From an uncultured Clostridia bacterium (GTDB lineage: Bacteria > Bacillota > Clostridia > Oscillospirales > CAG-272), in contig CALWTR010000016.1 of NCBI GenBank assembly GCA_944384525.1, positions 4,546 through 68,545 on the forward strand: DNA of 64,000 nucleotides, in the 5' to 3' direction. Below are positions 27,203 to 37,352 of the stretch, in pieces. Below the pieces are notes generated by a model that had not been told where the DNA came from, did no database searches, and worked only from the letters and a program-made list of their open reading frames with translations. Both the position numbers and the translations under genes were made by a program. Positions within the stretch are counted from its first letter, which is position 1, and each line of letters begins with the position of its first letter.

Positions 27203-27433
27203 TTGAACACTGGTTTTGTTACTGTTGGAAGTGTAACATACGCTATCAAGGCACGAAAAATTCTCAGCGCCGCCGGCATTACCACCGCAATGAAAAAAAT
27301 AAGCGGGAGCCGAACCGGCAAGAGGGGATGCGTATACGGGATAGAGTTCAGCGCGAACAGACTTTATGACGTCATGCGCGTGCTGAGGGAAAACAATATA
27401 GAATATGAGATCTATCAGGATGAGAATATATGA
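27203..27433 (+). CDS. DUF3343-like small protein (putative S/Se carrier-like)
   Basis: GFVTVGSVTYAIKARKILSAAGI...GCVYGIEFSANRLYDVMRVLRENNIEYEIY is typical of DUF3343 proteins found next to cysteine desulfurase-like genes. TTG 27203 lies 8 nt after AAGGAG, whereas the track GTG 27194 overlaps that SD. Confidence 0.65.
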   Translation: MNTGFVTVGSVTYAIKARKILSAAGITTAMKKISGSRTGKRGCVYGIEFSANRLYDVMRVLRENNIEYEIYQDENI

Positions 27434-28545
27434 TTTATCTTGATCAGGCCGCAACGACTTTTCCTAAGCCGGCTTCGGTCATAAAAGAATATAACAGATG
27501 CATTAAAGAATACTGCGGAAACCCGGGACGTTCTCAGCACCGGCTGTCATTCATGGCGTCGGAGGCGATATACAGTGCCAGAGAGAATGTCGCGGACTTT
27601 TTCAATTTTCCGAGCCCGGAGAATGTAGTTTTCACAATGAACGCGACCTATGCGCTCAATATTGCCATAAAAGGATTGCTTCGCAACGGCGATCACGTTA
27701 TAATCAGCGATATAGAGCACAACTCGGTTCTGCGCCCCGTCACTGCTCTTATACAGGAAAGAAATATAAGTTTCTCTGTTTTCAAGGTCGGTGAAGATCT
27801 GTACGAAAGCATCCCGCCGCTGATACGTAAAAATACGAAAATGATAATAGCCAGTCATGTGTCAAACGTTTTCGGAGATATAACAGATATAAAAGCAATA
27901 TCAGATATCGCCGGGAAACACGGGCTTTTATTCATGCTTGACGCGTCGCAGAGCGCGGGACACATTCCGATAGACCTTTTAAAAACTCCGGTAGACGTTC
28001 TCTGTGCTCCGGGCCACAAGGGACTGCTGGGGATACAAGGCTGCGGTTTTGCAATATTCAAGAGCAAGGATGCGCTCTCTACGATCATTGAGGGAGGGAG
28101 CGGCAGCGATTCAATGAACCCATCCATGCCGGATCTTCTGCCAGAGCGGCTCGAAGCCGGCACACTGCCGACACCTGCTATCGTTTCCCTTTCCACCGGC
28201 ATAGATTTTTTGCGTTCGGCCGGAATAGAAAACGTGCAAAAAAAGATAGAAAAACTTTCAGAGCGCATAAATGCATCTCTCAGAGACAATTCAAAAATCA
28301 TACTTTACAATAACAACAACAGCGGAGTCATATCCTTTAACATCAAGAATATGGATCCGTCATTTGTGGCATCTGAGCTTGACGGTATGGGAATATGCGT
28401 AAGGAGCGGCTTGCACTGCTCTCCGTTGGCCCACAAAAAATACGGGACCTCGGAAAAAGGTACCGTTCGTGTAAGCGTCGGATTTCTGAATGAAGAAAAA
28501 GACGCCGACATGCTTGAAAAAGCGCTATATAAGCTTACCAGATAA
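27430..28545 (+). CDS. class V aminotransferase / cysteine desulfurase family protein
   Basis: IYLDQAATTFPKP, SHVSNVFG, the PLP-lysine context CAPGHKGLLG, and SGLHCSP near the C-terminus. 4-nt overlap (ATGA) with the DUF3343 gene. Confidence 0.85.
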   Translation: MIYLDQAATTFPKPASVIKEYNRCIKEYCGNPGRSQHRLSFMASEAIYSARENVADFFNFPSPENVVFTMNATYALNIAIKGLLRNGDHVIISDIEHNSVLRPVTALIQERNISFSVFKVGEDLYESIPPLIRKNTKMIIASHVSNVFGDITDIKAISDIAGKHGLLFMLDASQSAGHIPIDLLKTPVDVLCAPGHKGLLGIQGCGFAIFKSKDALSTIIEGGSGSDSMNPSMPDLLPERLEAGTLPTPAIVSLSTGIDFLRSAGIENVQKKIEKLSERINASLRDNSKIILYNNNNSGVISFNIKNMDPSFVASELDGMGICVRSGLHCSPLAHKKYGTSEKGTVRVSVGFLNEEKDADMLEKALYKLTR

Positions 28546-28546
28546 C

Positions 28547-28586
28547 AAAAGCGGGATACTCGGACATATGTCTGAGTCCCGCTTTT
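28547..28586. terminator. bidirectional rho-independent terminator
   Basis: AAAAGCGGGA...TCCCGCTTTT long imperfect hairpin, lying between convergent genes. Confidence 0.8.
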
Positions 28587-28597
28587 GTATTATTCAT

Positions 28598-29131
28598 TCA
28601 AACTGACTGAGATACCGTCTTGGATCCGCCTCTAACAAGCTCGATTATCTTTCTGACGGTTGAATGGCATGACCGCTTATAGCCTATATTGTCGCATGGC
28701 ACAGTGATATCGGCATATTTTTCATAAAGCGGGATGCGTTCATCGTAAAGATCCGCTATGGTGGTACCCGGCTTCAAAGCTATTCCCCGCTTGCTGAAAT
28801 CACCAAGTCTTATTACGATAGTTTTAAGCTCCGCCTTGAGATAAACCACTTTGCCGAGGGTCTTAAGATGCTCCATAGCCCTATCGTAATAAACGGCGCT
28901 TCCTCCGGTGGCTATAACGGCGTCCTGCTCCGTTACGGTCATCAGTGTATCCTCTTCAATACGTTTGAACTGGTCAAGTCCGTCGCTGTTTATTATATCC
29001 TGAAGATGTCTTCCGGTGCGCTCCTCGATCAGATTATCTGTGTCTATAAATTTTATACCAAGTTCCTTTGCAAGAAGTTTTCCTACAGTGCTTTTACCGC
29101 TGGCCGGCATTCCTATGAGTGTTATCGTCAT
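28598..29131 (-). CDS. aroK: shikimate kinase
   Basis: ITLIGMPASGKSTVGKLLAKELGIKFIDTDNLIEERTG and ATGGSAV are present. Confidence 0.88.
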   Translation of the reverse strand: MTITLIGMPASGKSTVGKLLAKELGIKFIDTDNLIEERTGRHLQDIINSDGLDQFKRIEEDTLMTVTEQDAVIATGGSAVYYDRAMEHLKTLGKVVYLKAELKTIVIRLGDFSKRGIALKPGTTIADLYDERIPLYEKYADITVPCDNIGYKRSCHSTVRKIIELVRGGSKTVSQSV

Positions 29132-29168
29132 TTGTATTTCCTTTGATTGATCGGTTGATTGCCTTATT

Positions 29169-31127
29169 TCAATTGTGCTTCTGCCTTGATTTTAATATAT
29201 AATTTACGAAATTATCCTCTGTTTCCGTTTTTACTATAAATGCTTCAGATCCGCCCAGTGAAATGGACGTACCACTTTTCAGCTTTTGCGTGGATATCTC
29301 TATTTTTATGCTTTTGCCGAAAGTAAAACAGCATTCAGAATTTGAGTTGTTGACAGCAGTGATATAGGAATATTTACCGTAGCGACGCTCAAAAATGAGT
29401 ATTTCGGGCGTGAGCTCCAGTATCCTGAATTCGCCGAAAACAAATGCTCTCTTTCCGCGTCTGAAGGCGTTGATCTTTCGAAAGAACTCCAAAAGATCTG
29501 TGTTTTCGCGCCCCCACGGGAACGGCATGCGATTGAATGGGTCGGAATATCCCTGCATCCCTGCCTCATCGCCGTAATATACCGTTGGTATTCCGGGTAC
29601 AGCGGACAAAATCATATAAGCGCATTTGAGCATTTTGCATGCTGCATCGTATTTATCGCTGCTCATCCTGGTGATCGCCAAAACGCTGTTAGGAACACCG
29701 TTTGCGCTGTCACCGCCCAGAGCCGTCAAAATTCTGACCGTGTCATGAGTCCCGAGCAGATTCATCTGCCCGTCGCGGATCCTTTTTGGCATATTCGGCA
29801 TGACTTCAGTAAGCGCATATACTAATTTATCAGTTTTTTTATCGCGTATATATTCTATTATCCCGCTTCTGAGCGGATAATTCATAACTCCGTCCAGTTC
29901 CTCGCCGAGATAATAGCGCTTGCGTTTATCGTATGCCACCTTATTAGAGGCGTCCTCCCATACCTCGCCGTACAGTACCGAGCGCTTGTCGTAACTGTTG
30001 AGTGTGCGCTTTATATCGGATACAAAGCTATCCGACAGCTCGTCAACAACGTCAAGTCTAAAACCCCAGATACCTTTTTTAGCATAATGTGCTATGACTC
30101 CGTCCCTGCCCACAAAGAATTTGCGGCAGGAGGGTCTGTCCGGGTGTATACGCGGCAATATCTTAATACCCCACCAGCAGGAGTACTCATCCGGATATCT
30201 TATAAATTCATACCAATCATAATACGGCGACTTTTTTGAATTATATGCTCCAACAGACGGATATTTGGAATACTTATTGAAATATATGCTGTCGTCTCCG
30301 GTATGATTGAAGACCCCATCAAGAATTATGCGTATCCCTGCCTCTCCCGCTTTCTCTATAAGGAGATCGAGCGCCTTATCGCCTCCGAACATTTCGTCAA
30401 CAGTCAAATAGTCCCCGGTATCGTATTTATGATTTGAATACGCCTTGAAAACAGGGCTGAGATATATCGCTCCGACGTTCAGCGACTTAAGATATTCAAG
30501 TTTTTCAATGATGCCGTATAGCGTTCCGCCGAAAAACATATTATTTTCAAGATGCGCGCCCGGTCGCTCAGGATACTGCGGTATACCGCCGTACCAATCC
30601 TCATTCATGATCGCATCTTCTCTGATCGGTACTTCCCCGCCGCGGCGGAATCTATCTACAAAAATATGATATATTATACCTCCGTTCAAGGAGTGCGGCG
30701 CATTGTACCGGAAATCGGAAAATGAGAGCTGAAATGCAAAAGGCGCGCCGGAGTCCTCAGTAAATCCGACGCGGTTTCCGAACTCTCTGGCGGCGTAAAT
30801 TTTTTGACCGTCAAAGGTAAAAAAGAAAAATCGGAAAAAATACAGTCCCTCGTGTGTTACGGGATGCGATACGTTTATACCGTACTGATCGAAAGATCCC
30901 TTCAAGCCGGTCCATTCCATAGGGAAAGCCAGCACTCCGCCGGTGTGCGCATCTTTTACCTCAAAATAGACGTCATGAGCGCCAGCGCTGCGCGGAATTT
31001 CCAGAATGAGCAAAGGCTCATCTCCACACTCAAACGCGCGTGATAAAGTTAACTCACCGTCAAGGGCGAAAGCTATCGAGCCTCCGCCCTGCGGCGCAGA
31101 ATAGGGTACGAATCTGTCGCAGTACAA
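29169..31127 (-). CDS. glycoside hydrolase family 13 protein (neopullulanase / amylopullulanase-like alpha-glucan hydrolase)
   Basis: GH13 conserved regions are DGVFNHTG, GFRLDVVDE, GEVWED and LLGTHD. TTG start lies 6 nt after GGGGG and 3 nt after the glgP stop. Confidence 0.85.
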   Translation of the reverse strand: MYCDRFVPYSAPQGGGSIAFALDGELTLSRAFECGDEPLLILEIPRSAGAHDVYFEVKDAHTGGVLAFPMEWTGLKGSFDQYGINVSHPVTHEGLYFFRFFFFTFDGQKIYAAREFGNRVGFTEDSGAPFAFQLSFSDFRYNAPHSLNGGIIYHIFVDRFRRGGEVPIREDAIMNEDWYGGIPQYPERPGAHLENNMFFGGTLYGIIEKLEYLKSLNVGAIYLSPVFKAYSNHKYDTGDYLTVDEMFGGDKALDLLIEKAGEAGIRIILDGVFNHTGDDSIYFNKYSKYPSVGAYNSKKSPYYDWYEFIRYPDEYSCWWGIKILPRIHPDRPSCRKFFVGRDGVIAHYAKKGIWGFRLDVVDELSDSFVSDIKRTLNSYDKRSVLYGEVWEDASNKVAYDKRKRYYLGEELDGVMNYPLRSGIIEYIRDKKTDKLVYALTEVMPNMPKRIRDGQMNLLGTHDTVRILTALGGDSANGVPNSVLAITRMSSDKYDAACKMLKCAYMILSAVPGIPTVYYGDEAGMQGYSDPFNRMPFPWGRENTDLLEFFRKINAFRRGKRAFVFGEFRILELTPEILIFERRYGKYSYITAVNNSNSECCFTFGKSIKIEISTQKLKSGTSISLGGSEAFIVKTETEDNFVNYILKSRQKHN

Positions 31128-31130
31128 AGC

Positions 31131-33596
31131 TTACCCCCTGACAGGCTTTATGTGCCATATCTCGTCGGCATATTTTTTTATGCTGTTGTCGGACGCAAAT
31201 ACGCCGCTTGACGCTATATTTACGAGCGAACGTCTGTTCCAGTTATCCTTATCGTAATAATTGTGCACAGCCTTATCATAAGAGCAACGATAGGAATCAA
31301 AATCAGCCAGACACATAAAGGGATCGGCGACGCTGTAACCGCCGTTTATTAGATAATCGGCTATTTCCGAGAAATTCTCCCCTCCTATCGGACAGTTGAG
31401 ACGATCTATGACTTTCCGTATCTTTTCAGAATTATGATAGAACTCTCTTGCCTCGTATCCGTTTCTCCAGAGTTCCTCGACTTCATAGGTGTTGAGCCCG
31501 AAAATATATATATTGTCGTGCCCTACCGCCTCAAGTATTTCAACGTTCGCGCCGTCGAGCGTCCCTATTGTAAGCGCGCCGTTCATCATCAGCTTCATGT
31601 TTCCGGTACCGCTCGCCTCTTTGCCAGCAAGCGATATCTGTTCCGACAGATCGGCCGCGGGGATCAGTATCTCTGCAAGAGAAACGTTGTATTCCTCCAT
31701 GAACAGCACCTTGAGCTTGTCGCGGGTTAGCGGATTGTTTTCAAGCTCCTGACCCAGAAAATATATCAACTTTATGAGCTTTTTAGCCATTACATAGCCC
31801 GGAGCCGCCTTGCAGCCGAAAATAAAGGTCTGAGGCGGGATATCCGCATTCGGATTCTCAAGCATCTCATTATAAAGAGAGAGTATCTTCAAGACATTGA
31901 GGAGCTGACGCTTATATTCATGCATTCTCTTGATCTGAACGTCGAAGATTGATTCAGGAGAAATGACCTTTCCTGTCTTTGCCTTTACATAATCAGAGAA
32001 ACGTATCTTATTGGAATGCTTGATTTCTCCTATGCGCGACAGCACCGACTTATCATTCTCAAACTTTTTGAAGTTATCAAGAAGAGATGCATTTTCTCTG
32101 TATTCCGGCCCGATGCATTCATCAAGTAAGGAGCATAGCTCGGGATTGGAATAGGCGAGCCAGCGTCTGTGAACTACACCGTTCGTAACGTTTGTGAATT
32201 TCCACGGCGTCATTTTATAAAAGTCATGGAAAACGTTCTTTTTGAGTATATCGCTGTGAAGCTTTGAAACTCCGTTTACTGTATGCGAACCGACTATACT
32301 GAGATTTGCCATACGGACCTGACCGTACGCAACGATCGCCATTCTTGAGATGCGGTCCCAGTCACCCGGATAAAGATCCCAAAGATCGGCGCAGAAGCGC
32401 TTGTTTATCTCCTCGACTATTGCATATATTCTCGGGAGTTTCATCTTGAAAAGATCTATTCTCCAGCACTCGAGAGCCTCTGGCAGGACGGTATGATTCG
32501 TATAGGATACCGTTTTGCAAACTATCTCCCAGGCGCGATCCCATGAAAACGAATATACGTCCATAAGAATACGCATGAGCTCCGGTATGCAAAGAGCCGG
32601 GTGGGTATCGTTAATGTGTATCGCTATCTTATCTGAAAAGCTTTCAAGCGTGCCGTAGGCGGCAAAATGATCGCTCAGTATGCTCTGGAGAGACGCGGAT
32701 ACAAGGAAATACTGCTGGGTCAAACGAAGGAGCTTCCCCTCGTCGTAATTATCCGGGGGATAGAGCTGCCTTGTTATCTCTTCCGCTTTATTAGTATCAT
32801 TGAGATGTTTTATATATTTACCCTGTGAAGAAAAATCAGACGTATATTTCTGTACGTCCTTAGCGCGCCAAAGCCTTATGGTGTTGACGGCGTCTGTTTC
32901 TGTCCCCGGGATCAGAAGGTCGTAAGGAACGGCCCTGACCTCATCAAATTCTGTATGGTTTATACGGAGCTCCCCGCTTGACCAATCCTCCTGTACTCTT
33001 CCGCCGAATCTTACGGAAACGCTTTTTTCCGGCTTAGGGATGAGCCATGCTCCGCCTTTAGGTATCCAAACGTCGGGAAGCTCGACCTGTTCTCCGTCAA
33101 CAAGCTTTTGCTTAAAGAGTCCGTTTTCGTAACAGAGAGAATAGCCGTTGGCTACATAATCAAGCGCCGACAGTGAGTCCATGAAGCAGGCGGCGAGCCT
33201 TCCGAGTCCGCCGTTACCGAGACCTGGATCCACCTCATTATCGAAAACGTCGTCAAAGGTAGTGCCGTAATCCTTGAGTATAGTGCAAAGATCATCGTAT
33301 ATGCCGAGATTTTTTGCATTGTTTTTAAACGAACGGCCGATCAAAAACTCCATGCATAAATAGCATACCTTTTTGCTGTCCGCCGCCCTGGATCTGCGCA
33401 CGAAATTTGTTCTGTTTTCGATAAGGATATCTTTCATCGCATTGACGGACGCATGGTACAGCTGCTCCGTCGTTGCAGACTGAGGGTCGGATATTCCCCT
33501 CGCGTATAGCTTGCTCTCGATCCTTTCCTTCAGATCGCCGATAGAGATTGCGGGTCTCTTCCCGCTGATAAGGTTATCCTGGGGTTTAGTTTTCAT
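31131..33596 (-). CDS. glgP: glycogen/starch/alpha-glucan phosphorylase
   Basis: 821 aa. EFLIGR, GLGNGGLGRLAACF and the PLP site EASGTGNMKLMMNGALTIGTLDGANVE are present. Confidence 0.95.
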   Translation of the reverse strand: MKTKPQDNLISGKRPAISIGDLKERIESKLYARGISDPQSATTEQLYHASVNAMKDILIENRTNFVRRSRAADSKKVCYLCMEFLIGRSFKNNAKNLGIYDDLCTILKDYGTTFDDVFDNEVDPGLGNGGLGRLAACFMDSLSALDYVANGYSLCYENGLFKQKLVDGEQVELPDVWIPKGGAWLIPKPEKSVSVRFGGRVQEDWSSGELRINHTEFDEVRAVPYDLLIPGTETDAVNTIRLWRAKDVQKYTSDFSSQGKYIKHLNDTNKAEEITRQLYPPDNYDEGKLLRLTQQYFLVSASLQSILSDHFAAYGTLESFSDKIAIHINDTHPALCIPELMRILMDVYSFSWDRAWEIVCKTVSYTNHTVLPEALECWRIDLFKMKLPRIYAIVEEINKRFCADLWDLYPGDWDRISRMAIVAYGQVRMANLSIVGSHTVNGVSKLHSDILKKNVFHDFYKMTPWKFTNVTNGVVHRRWLAYSNPELCSLLDECIGPEYRENASLLDNFKKFENDKSVLSRIGEIKHSNKIRFSDYVKAKTGKVISPESIFDVQIKRMHEYKRQLLNVLKILSLYNEMLENPNADIPPQTFIFGCKAAPGYVMAKKLIKLIYFLGQELENNPLTRDKLKVLFMEEYNVSLAEILIPAADLSEQISLAGKEASGTGNMKLMMNGALTIGTLDGANVEILEAVGHDNIYIFGLNTYEVEELWRNGYEAREFYHNSEKIRKVIDRLNCPIGGENFSEIADYLINGGYSVADPFMCLADFDSYRCSYDKAVHNYYDKDNWNRRSLVNIASSGVFASDNSIKKYADEIWHIKPVRG

Positions 33597-33611
33597 ATTA
33601 CATCCATTCTG

Positions 33612-35039
33612 TTAGTTAAGTTTATTGTATATTTCGAGATATTTCTCCGCGGAGTTCTTCCATGAGAAATCCGACCTCATAGCCCGCCTTACAAGTTTGC
33701 ACCATTCCTTTTCTTTATCAGTATATAAATGCAGAGCATCTTTGACCTTGAAAAGCAACTCATGAGCGTTGAAATTATTGAAGACAAAGCCATTTGAGTT
33801 CTTGGCACCGTAAGGTATTATGCTGTCATACAGCCCGCCGACGGCCCTGACGATCGGTATTGTTCCGTAAGAGCACGCTATCATCTGGGCAAGTCCGCAC
33901 GGCTCGCTCTTGGATGGCATAAGGAAAATATCCGACGAGGCGTATATCTTCTTCGAGAGAACTCTGTCAAAGCGTATGAGAGCGCGTGCCCTGTCGGGAT
34001 GCCTTGCACAGATCGAGGAGAATATTTCCTCGTATTTCTTGTCTCCGGTACCGAGAATGACGAACTGAACATCAAGCTCAAGCAACTCGTCAAGGATATG
34101 GAGAACAAGGTCTACACCCTTTCCGGAGGTCAATCTGGTTATCATGGAGATAAGCGGCTTTTCCGTAGCCACCGGGAGTCCGAGCTCTTCCTGAAGCGCC
34201 GCTTTATTTTTCTTTTTCCCCTCAAATACGTCCATCACTCCGTAAGGATATGCGATATCTCCGCCCTTCTTCGGTGAAAAGTACTTGTAGTCTATGCCGT
34301 TTATGACACCGCTCATCTTGCCCCAGCACATATTTATTATGTTCTCAAGCCCAAAGGCGAAGAAGCTGTTTCTTAACTCACACGCATAATTCGGACTTAC
34401 AGTAGTTATTGCATCCGAAGTAACGAGAGCGCCTTTAAGAAGGTTTATGGAGTTTCCGAATCTCATAATATCGAGATACTTCGCGTCAAGAGAAAATACG
34501 TCTCCGAGAATATACGGATCGTATTTACCCTGATACTCTATATTATGTATTGTAAATACGGTTTTTATATCCTTAAAAGCCTCATAAGAGGAAAATTCTG
34601 TTTTCAGGTATACGACCGACAGCGCGCTCTGCCAATCGTTGGCATGAAGAATATCAGGCACATTTCCGCTCTGAAGCATGAACTGTACGACTGCCATCGA
34701 AAAAAACGCGAATTTCTCCCCGTCATCGTAATCGCCGTAGAGCGACTTCCTCTTGAAATAATAATTATTTTCGACGAAATAATAAGTCACTCCGCTGTTT
34801 TTAAGAGAATATATCGATGCTCCCGTATCTCTCCAGGAGAGTTTGAAAGAAATATCGATGACCTTTTTCATTTTCTTACGGTACTTTTCACAAGCACTGT
34901 ACAGCGGGAGTATTACTCCTACTTCTGTATCCGGAGAGCACTTCTTTATAGCTATCGGAAGCGCGCCCATCACGTCCCCCAGCCCTCCGCTCGCCGCATA
35001 GGGAGCGGCCTCGCTGGTGACATAAAGTATCTTGTTCAT
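33612..35039 (-). CDS. glgA: glycogen synthase (ADP-glucose type)
   Basis: ILYVTSEAAPYAASGGLGDV, HANDWQ and MPSKSEPCGLAQM are present. 1-nt overlap with the glgD stop. Confidence 0.95.
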   Translation of the reverse strand: MNKILYVTSEAAPYAASGGLGDVMGALPIAIKKCSPDTEVGVILPLYSACEKYRKKMKKVIDISFKLSWRDTGASIYSLKNSGVTYYFVENNYYFKRKSLYGDYDDGEKFAFFSMAVVQFMLQSGNVPDILHANDWQSALSVVYLKTEFSSYEAFKDIKTVFTIHNIEYQGKYDPYILGDVFSLDAKYLDIMRFGNSINLLKGALVTSDAITTVSPNYACELRNSFFAFGLENIINMCWGKMSGVINGIDYKYFSPKKGGDIAYPYGVMDVFEGKKKNKAALQEELGLPVATEKPLISMITRLTSGKGVDLVLHILDELLELDVQFVILGTGDKKYEEIFSSICARHPDRARALIRFDRVLSKKIYASSDIFLMPSKSEPCGLAQMIACSYGTIPIVRAVGGLYDSIIPYGAKNSNGFVFNNFNAHELLFKVKDALHLYTDKEKEWCKLVRRAMRSDFSWKNSAEKYLEIYNKLN

Positions 35040-36166
35040 CAGATACGCCTGCCTTTCTGAATATAGAACGGTATGTTTTCATTTCCCGACAGGACCGCCG
35101 TCCCGTCGCCTATATATACGTTTTTATCCGCTACGACGCAATTGACTCTCGCACCGCTCCCCACATGCGTGCCGTAAAAGAGAACGGAATTTTTGACGAC
35201 TGCGCCTTTTTCTACCTTGACTCCTCTGAACAGCACAGAATTTATGACGGTGCCCTCGATTACGCACTCGTCGGCGATCATAGAGTTCTCTACATGTGAG
35301 CCTGCCTTGTATATGACAGGAGCCGAGTTATGGACCTTGGTATATATCGGAGCGAATTGCTTATTTAAAAGCGACTCTCTTGCCGCGCAATTGTTGACCA
35401 TATCCATGCTTGCGCGGTAATAGTCCAAAAAGCTGCTTATGGATGCAACGTATCCGTCATACAGATATGTGCGGTAATCTCTGCTTCTGAGGGAACGGAA
35501 CAGCATTTCGGTAAGGCTCTTGTAATTGTAGCCCTCCGCCTCTCTGATTATTGTTCTAAGATACTCAGTCTTCATAACAAGGATATCAAGAGAGAGCTCG
35601 GGATTCTTCGAAAGATATGTATTGCTCATCGCTATATCCGTGATCTTTCCCGCCACGGTTGAGAACATGAGCCGTTTTATCTTTGCCGAAAAATCGGGAG
35701 TTATCCTCTTTGTAACAAAGGTGATCGCCGCGCCGCTCTTGTCATGCTGGCGTATCACGTCCTGAAGATCGAAATTCAGTATAGCGTCGCATCTCATGAG
35801 CACCACGTTATCTTCCTTGAACTCGGCTATATGCTCCTGCATATTTCTCAAAGCTTCAAGCCTTGTGGAATAGAGCTTAGCGCTGGAGGAATGAGAAGAC
35901 TGATACGGCGAAATAAAATTTATTCCTCCGGCGCGCCTCGCAAGATCCCAGTCCTTTCCGCTTCCGACGTGCTCGACAAGCGATCTATAATTATAGTTAG
36001 CGACTATGCTGATGTTCGATATATTGGCGTTGACCATATTCGAAAGGCCGAAATCCACTATACGGTAACGGCAGGCAAACGGTATTGCCGCGACTGTACG
36101 GTCAGATGTCAGACGCGTCAAGGTATCATTGTTAAGGCTTGAAAATATAATTCCTGCTGTACTCAT
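35039..36166 (-). CDS. glgD: glucose-1-phosphate adenylyltransferase regulatory subunit GlgD
   Basis: Nucleotidyltransferase fold lacking the GGxGxRL catalytic loop, with a LbH C-terminus. Positioned after glgC as in Firmicutes glgBCDAP operons. Confidence 0.85.
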   Translation of the reverse strand: MSTAGIIFSSLNNDTLTRLTSDRTVAAIPFACRYRIVDFGLSNMVNANISNISIVANYNYRSLVEHVGSGKDWDLARRAGGINFISPYQSSHSSSAKLYSTRLEALRNMQEHIAEFKEDNVVLMRCDAILNFDLQDVIRQHDKSGAAITFVTKRITPDFSAKIKRLMFSTVAGKITDIAMSNTYLSKNPELSLDILVMKTEYLRTIIREAEGYNYKSLTEMLFRSLRSRDYRTYLYDGYVASISSFLDYYRASMDMVNNCAARESLLNKQFAPIYTKVHNSAPVIYKAGSHVENSMIADECVIEGTVINSVLFRGVKVEKGAVVKNSVLFYGTHVGSGARVNCVVADKNVYIGDGTAVLSGNENIPFYIQKGRRI

Positions 36167-37341
36167 TTTTTACCCTCCATTGCTACGCCGCTTTTTTCGG
36201 GACCCACCGTACTGCCTTTTGCTATAACTGTTACATGGTATTTATCTGCCTTAGGATCACCTACCGTGACGCCCTCTTGGATCACAGTGTCGCTGTCTAT
36301 TATAGACATGTAAACCTTTGCGTTTTTCTTGATCACTACATCGTCCATTATCACCGAGTCATGCACCTCAGCACCCTCCTCGATGATTACACCGCCCGAA
36401 AGTATGGAATTGTACACGCTCCCGAATATCCTGCATCCCTCGGAGATCATGGCGTTCGACATAACAGCGTCCTCTCCTATGAATTGAGGGGGTCTCGCAG
36501 AATTACGGGAATATATCCTGAAATCCGTATTGCTCAGATTGAGCGCCGGATCCTCGCCGATAAGATCCATGTTTGCCTCCCAAAGGCTGGATATCGTTCC
36601 GACGTCTTTCCAGTAACCCTCAAAGGTGTACGCATACAGCTTTTCCCCGTTTGCGAGAAGATTGGGGATCACATTTTTTCCGAAATCATTTGAGGAGCTC
36701 TCATCTTTTTCATCTATTTCAAGATAATCGATAAGCGTTGAGGTATTGAATATATATATACCCATAGAAGCCTGGTTGTTCTTGGGCTTTTTGGGCTTTT
36801 CTTCAAACTCGTAGATCCTGCCATCCGCGTTAGTATTGCAAATCCCGAACCGGCTCGCCTCTTCCATAGGAACAGTTATCGTAGCTACCGTGCAAGCTGC
36901 CTGGCGGCTCTTGTGATACTCGAGCATCTGAGAATAATCCATTCGGTATATATGGTCTCCGGACAGGATCAGTACATAGTCCGGATTATATTGCTTGATA
37001 AAATTTATATTTTGATAGATAGCATTTGCCGTACCCTTATACCAGTCAGAACTCTTGCTGCCCTGATACGGCGGAAGGACGTTAAGTCCTCCCCTGAATC
37101 TGTCGAGATCCCAAGGAGCGCCGTTCCCTATATACTCATTCAGCGCCAGAGGCTGATATTGAGTGAGAACGCCGACCGTATCTATTCCGGAATTGATACA
37201 GTTGGAAAGCGGAAAGTCGATTATCTTATACTTCCCGCCAAAGCTGACCGCAGGCTTTGCCGTATGCCGCGTCAAGTCATAGAGTCTGCTGCCTTGTCCT
37301 CCGGCAAGCAACATTGCTATGCATTCTTTTTTGAAAAACAT
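36163..37341 (-). CDS. glgC: glucose-1-phosphate adenylyltransferase
   Basis: [36 protein letters not shown] and WYKGTANA are present. GGAG lies 7 nt before the ATG. Confidence 0.95.
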   Translation of the reverse strand: MFFKKECIAMLLAGGQGSRLYDLTRHTAKPAVSFGGKYKIIDFPLSNCINSGIDTVGVLTQYQPLALNEYIGNGAPWDLDRFRGGLNVLPPYQGSKSSDWYKGTANAIYQNINFIKQYNPDYVLILSGDHIYRMDYSQMLEYHKSRQAACTVATITVPMEEASRFGICNTNADGRIYEFEEKPKKPKNNQASMGIYIFNTSTLIDYLEIDEKDESSSNDFGKNVIPNLLANGEKLYAYTFEGYWKDVGTISSLWEANMDLIGEDPALNLSNTDFRIYSRNSARPPQFIGEDAVMSNAMISEGCRIFGSVYNSILSGGVIIEEGAEVHDSVIMDDVVIKKNAKVYMSIIDSDTVIQEGVTVGDPKADKYHVTVIAKGSTVGPEKSGVAMEGKK

Positions 37342-37352
37342 AATGAAGCTCC

